64,000 nucleotides of DNA, from assembly GCF_009914755.1 (NCBI RefSeq), contig NC_060928.1, one strand, 5' to 3'. The notes beneath the pieces were generated by a model. The model had not been told where the DNA came from. It searched no databases and worked only from the letters and a program-made list of their open reading frames with translations. The translations under genes were made by a program, and so were the position numbers. Below, piece after piece: positions 58,526 to 64,000 of the stretch. This DNA is from the human T2T-CHM13v2.0 reference genome, Homo sapiens. Position 1 is the first letter of the stretch. Every line of letters starts with the position of its first letter.

Positions 58526-59680
58526 CTAGATCGCTAGGTTTTACCATAGCCAAAAATTGACTCACAATGGATGAAAGATTTAAAGTAAGACCTCAAAGTA
58601 CAAAAATCCCAGAAGGAAACCTAGGAAATATCCTTCTTGACATCAGCCTTGAGAAAGAATTTATGATTAAGTCCCCAAAAGCAATCACAACAAAAATAAA
58701 AATTGACAATTGAGAATTAAACTAAAGAGCTTCTGCACAGCAAAATAAACTATCAACAGAGTAAACAGAGAACCTACAGAATGAGAGAAAATATTAGCAA
58801 ACTATACATTAGATAAAAATCTAATATCCAGAATAGGACAGTAAACAAATCAACAAACAAAAAACAAATAATCCCATTAAAAAATGGGCAAAGGACATGT
58901 ATAGACACTTTTCAAAATAAGACATACATGTGGCTAACAAACATATGAAATCACTAATCATCTGAGAAATGCAAATTAAAACCACAATGAGATACCATCA
59001 TACACCAGTCAGAGTTGCTTTTATTAAAAAGTCAAAAGACAACAGATGCTGGCAAGGCTGCAGAGAAAAGAGAAAGTGTACACGATGTTGATGGGAATGT
59101 AAGTTAGTCCAGCTACTATGGAAAGCAGTTTGGATTTTCTCAAAGAACTTCAAACAGAGCTACCATTTGACCCAGCAATCCTATTACTGGGTATATACCC
59201 AAAGGAAAACAGATCATTATATTTTAAAAAATGCACTTGTATGTTCATTACCATGCTATTCACAGTAGCGAAGACATGGAATCAACCTAGGTGCCCATCA
59301 ACGGTGGCCTGGATAAAGGAAATGTAGTATATATACAACGTGCAATACTATGCAGTCGTAAAAAAGAATAAAATGTTCTTTGCAGCAACGTGGATAAAGC
59401 TGGAGGCCATAATCCTAAGCAAACTAATGAAGGAACAGAAAATGAAATACTGCATGTTCTCACTTAAACACAGGAGCTAAACATTCAGCTCACACGGACA
59501 AAAACATGTGAACAATAGGTACTGTGGACTAATAGAGTGGGGAGGGAGGGAAGGGGATGTGGGTTGAAAAACTACCTACTGGGTATATTATACTCACTAC
59601 ATGGGTATAATATACCCTTGTAACAAACCTGCACATGTACCCCCTGTAACTAAAATAAAAGTTGAATTCTTTAAAAAAAT

Positions 59681-61890
59681 GCTGCTATAAGCATCCCTTT
59701 TCAGGTTTTTGTGAAGACATAAATTTCAATTCCTCTGGATAATCACCAAGGAGTGTAATTGCTGGATCCTATGGTAAGCGTATGTCTAGTTTCGTAAGAA
59801 ACTATCAAACTTCCAAAGTGGCTTTACTATTTTGCATGACCACTAGCAGTGAATGAGTTCTGTTGTTTCACATCCTCACTATCATTTTGTGGTGTCAGTG
59901 TTTTGGATTTTCACCATTTTAATAGGTGTGTAGTGGTATCTCATTGTTATTTTAATTTGCAATTGTCCAAGACCTGATATCAAGCACCTTTTCACAGGCT
60001 TACATGCCATTTGTGTATTTTCTTTGGTAAAGTGTTTGTTTGGGCCTATTGCCCATTTTTAATTGGGTTGTTTCCTTATTGCTGGGTTTTAAGACTTATT
60101 TTTGTATTACAGTTAACAGTCCTTTATCAAATATGTCTTTAGCAAATATTTTCTTCGAGTCTGTGGCTTGTAGTCTCATTCTCTTGCCAAAAATTTTTAA
60201 TTTTCATGAAGTCCAGCTCATCAATTCTTTTATTTATAGATCATACCTTTGGTGTTAAATATGAAGTCATCACCATATCCAAAGTTATCTAGATTTTCTC
60301 CTATATTATCTTCTAGAAGATTTATAGTTTTACATTTTACATGTAGATTATTTTGGCTTGGTTTAGGGGAAGGATGTAAGAACTATGTCTAGATTCATAT
60401 TGTTTTGCATGTGGATGTTTGGTTGGTCCAGCACTATTTGTTGAAAAGATTTCTTTTCTCCATTGAACTGCTTTTGCTTCTTTGTCAAAAGTCGGTTGAC
60501 TTCATTTGAGTGGGTCTTTTCACCTGTTCCATTCATCTGTTTGTGTATTCTTTCACCAATATCACATAGTCTTGATTACTGTAGCTTTATAGTAGGTTTG
60601 AAGTTGGGTGGGGTCAGTCCTCTAACTTTATTCTTTTCCATCAATATTGTGTTGGCTATTTGGGGGTCTTTTTACTCTCCATATGAACTTTAGAATTAGT
60701 TTTTTAATAGCCACAAAATAATTTCTGTTGAGATTTTGATTGGGATTACACTGAATCTATAGTAAAATTGAGAAGAACTGACATCTTAGCAATATTGAAT
60801 ATTCTTATCCCTGAACATAAAATTTCTCCATTTATTGAGTTCTTTTCTGATTTCTTTCACCAGTGTTTTATAGTTTTTCCTCACATAAATATTGTACATA
60901 TTTTGTTAGATTTATGCTTAAGTATTTCATCTTTTTGGGTGTTAGTGTAAATGGCATTGTGTTTTTAATTTCGAATTTCAGTTGTTCATTATTGATGTAG
61001 TAAGTCACGAAAGCAATTGACTTTTGTAATAATAACTTTGTATCTTGCAACCTTGCTATAAATTCTTACTCCAGTTTTTTTTGTCAGTTCATTTAGATCT
61101 TCTACATAGACAGTCATGTCATCTGCAAACAAAGACAGTTTTATTTTTTCCTTCTCAACCTCTATATTTTAATTTCCTTTTCATGTCTTACTGCCTAGCA
61201 CTTTCAGTATGATGTTGGAAAGGAATGATGTGAGGGGACAGTCTTGTCTTTTACCTGATCTAAGTGGAAAAACTTATTTTTAAAAAACGAAGTCTGATGT
61301 TAGCTGTAGGTTTTTTTGTAGATACTCTTTATCAAATTGAAGAGGTTCCCCAGTACTTTAATTTGCTGACAGTTGCATTTCTTTAAAAAATCAGGATTAA
61401 GTATTGTTTTGTCAAATGACTTTTCTCCATCTATTGATGTAATCATGTGATTTTTCTTTGTATGTTTATTGATGTGATGGATTATATTAGTTTAATTTTG
61501 AATTTTGAACCAATCTTACCTACGTGGGATGAAGTCCGCTTAGTTCTGGTGTATAATTCTTTCATAAATTATTCATTTCAATGTGTTAACTTTTTTCTGA
61601 GGATTTTTGCATCCACGTTCATGAAAGATATTGTTTTGTAGTTTTCTTTTCTTATAATCTCCTTGCCTAATTTTTGTATAAGGCTAACTCTGGTCTTACA
61701 GAATTAATTAGAAACTACTCCCTCTAATTTTGTCTTCTAGAGGAGATTATAGAGAATTTGTATAATTTTTTTCTTAAATGCATGGTAGAATTCACTAGTG
61801 AACACATGTGGGCCTGAGGCTTTCTGTTTTGGAAGGTTATTCATTATTGATTCAATTTTTTAAGTGGACATGCCTATTCAGATTGTCTAT
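59681..61890 (-). mobile_element. L1MC continuation (antisense ORF2)
   Basis: Resumes gctgctataagcat...ggagtgtaattgctggatc exactly where 55532 stopped. It includes the antisense RT segment gtcatgtcatctgcaaacaaagacag. Confidence 0.9.
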
Positions 61891-61899
61891 TTGCAGGTT

Positions 61900-64000
61900 C
61901 CTTTTTCATTCTCTTAAAGCTGCCTTTTGAAAAATAGAAATTCTTAATTTTAATATAATGTAATTCATCAATATATTGTTGAAGGATTAATGCTTTTGGG
62001 TCCTCTTCAAGACATCTTTGCCTACTCTAACATCACAAGAATGCTCCTCTAAGTTTTGTCATTTGTTTGATTTCAAATTTAAAAGGCAAGAAAAACTTTA
62101 ATGCATTTAGAATAGAATTTTGTGCACAATATCAAGTAGGCATTACTTTAGGACATTCCATTGAATTATCACCGTTAGTTGAAAGTCCATGTTTCCCCTC
62201 TAAACTGCAATGTCACTGTTGCCATAAACCAGGTGACTCTGTTTGTGTAGAAGTATTTCAGGACTGTTTTTCTGATCACTTAACATAATTTTCAGATAAT
62301 AAATGTAATTAAACTAGCATTATAATAGATCCTAAGTCTTCCAGTGATGTACTTTTTCCACAATACAATCTTGTTTGTTTTTGGTCATATGTATTTCCAT
62401 ATGCATTTGAGTTAGTTTGTTGATTTCAACACTGACATCTCTCTCTCTATATATATAGTTATTATGATTATTTACAATAATATATAATTATTACAATTAT
62501 TATAGTTATAATTTTAATAATTGTAATAATTCATGGAATGAATTTGTATCACCCAGATAAAAAATACATTTAATAATCTTTTCATATGTTCATTGCTCTT
62601 TATTTTGTATGTGATTGCAGTTTTTTATGTCACGCTGTATAGATTCTTTTATATTTTCTGTGTTTATGTCAGATAGTGCCTTTTTTCATTCCTTTCCAAA
62701 TTGTATCCACATTTAAAATATTTATTCTCCATTTCGTTTTGGCTAGAATGACAAGTGTAATGTTGAATAGAAAGGCATGATTTTAAATATCCCTGTCTTT
62801 TCCCAAATTCTAGAGGCAAGGCCTTAAAATTCACCATGGGAATATGGTATTTAGTGGAGATTTTACACATGTTTTTATTAGACATAGATACTAAGAATTT
62901 CAAAATATAAATGACTGACAAATTTTATCAGATGTCTTTTCTGTATCTATTGAAGACAAGTATTTTTCTCCGTCTTTTGACATAGTCACATTGATTTCTC
63001 CTTTTTTGTTATTGTGGCAGAATATATTAAAGCATTAATACATTAATACATCAAATACTAAATGACCAATCTTCCTACAAATAGCTGGGGTAGATTATCT
63101 TGTACATAATTATAGATTTATTTATGTTCTTTTTTCCATCTATTTTTACAAGAGAGATACTTCTAGACATTTATTTCCAGAAATTATTTTGGAAATTTCA
63201 TTTTTTTATTATCTTAAAATTTATTTTAACGCCAAGATTATGCTAGCTTTATTAAAATATTTGGTAAATATTTTCTTTTTTTTATCTTGTCTTCAAGACT
63301 TTGTATACAACTGATGTTATTCCTTGAGTGTTTCAAGAAATTTGTAGATGGAGTCATATAAACTAGTTATTTTCCTTTTGCGATGGTGTTTAATAATGCA
63401 TTCAAATTTCTTCAATAGATGAAATATGCAAATCTTTTATTATTCTGTCAGCTTTAGCATGTTTATCCTAATTTTCAAATATATTGACATACATTTATTA
63501 TGATGATAATATTAATAGTGTTGTAATGTCCCCTTTTAAATGTTGGCATATAGTTATTTTTGTTTTCTTTTTTTTAAATTAATAAGTGATATGAGGTGTT
63601 TATCAAGTTTATCAATCTTTTCAAAAAATCAACTTTTGGCTTTGTCTAACTTTTCTATTATACATTTTTTATTTTTTAGATTTCTACCCATATCTTTATT
63701 ACATCTTTTTACATAATAAGTTTAATTTGCTTTTTTCCTCTAATTTGAATTAGAAAACATTTCAAATCTTTTGTTACTCATATTCTTTTGATATATTCAT
63801 CTAAGCCAGTACATTTTATTCCAACTATGCTTTAATTATACCCTGCAAGAATTTATATGTTTAGTATTCAGCTAAATATTTTCTAATTTCCATTGTTTCT
63901 CTTTTGAATTCTAGGATTTTCTAAGATATGTGGTTTGATGTTTTCACACTTAGGAATTTTCCAGTTATCATTTCTTAGAGAAATAAAAACATTTTAATAT
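61900..64000 (-). mobile_element. Highly degraded older L1M (ME-like) antisense ORF2
   Basis: T-rich antisense L1 motifs: aatgttgaataga...tatccctgtcttttccc, tttatcaagtttatcaatcttttcaaaaaatcaacttttggctttg. Confidence 0.7.

Overview
This is AT-rich, CpG-depleted primate genomic DNA (AluY and L1PA3-type elements point to human or ape). It is gene-poor and reads as intronic or intergenic. I cannot support any cellular protein-coding gene, rRNA, tRNA or CRISPR array. The only recognisable ORFs are broken LINE-1 ORF2p pieces; the others come from Alu, microsatellite or random sequence. Much of the window is transposable elements: L1PA3/PA4/PA16/PA17-like, L1MA/MB/MC/MD/ME, Alu J/S/Y, L2, MIR, MaLR and ERVL LTRs, Tigger3a, MER20 and MER102. 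Subfamily names are my recollection of consensus sequences, not a RepeatMasker run. The structures these elements do not explain are: (1) a ~230-bp-arm inverted repeat in apparently unique DNA at 10.3-11.4 kb whose right arm carries a perfect minus-strand splice donor; (2) several sub-kilobase templated duplications, including a snap-back insertion inside an Alu; (3) two young L1s with no target-site duplication and non-matching flanks; (4) a twin-primed L1MA; (5) a multi-level transposon nest; (6) a few candidate non-coding exons. None is a proven new system. The inverted repeat is the best lead.
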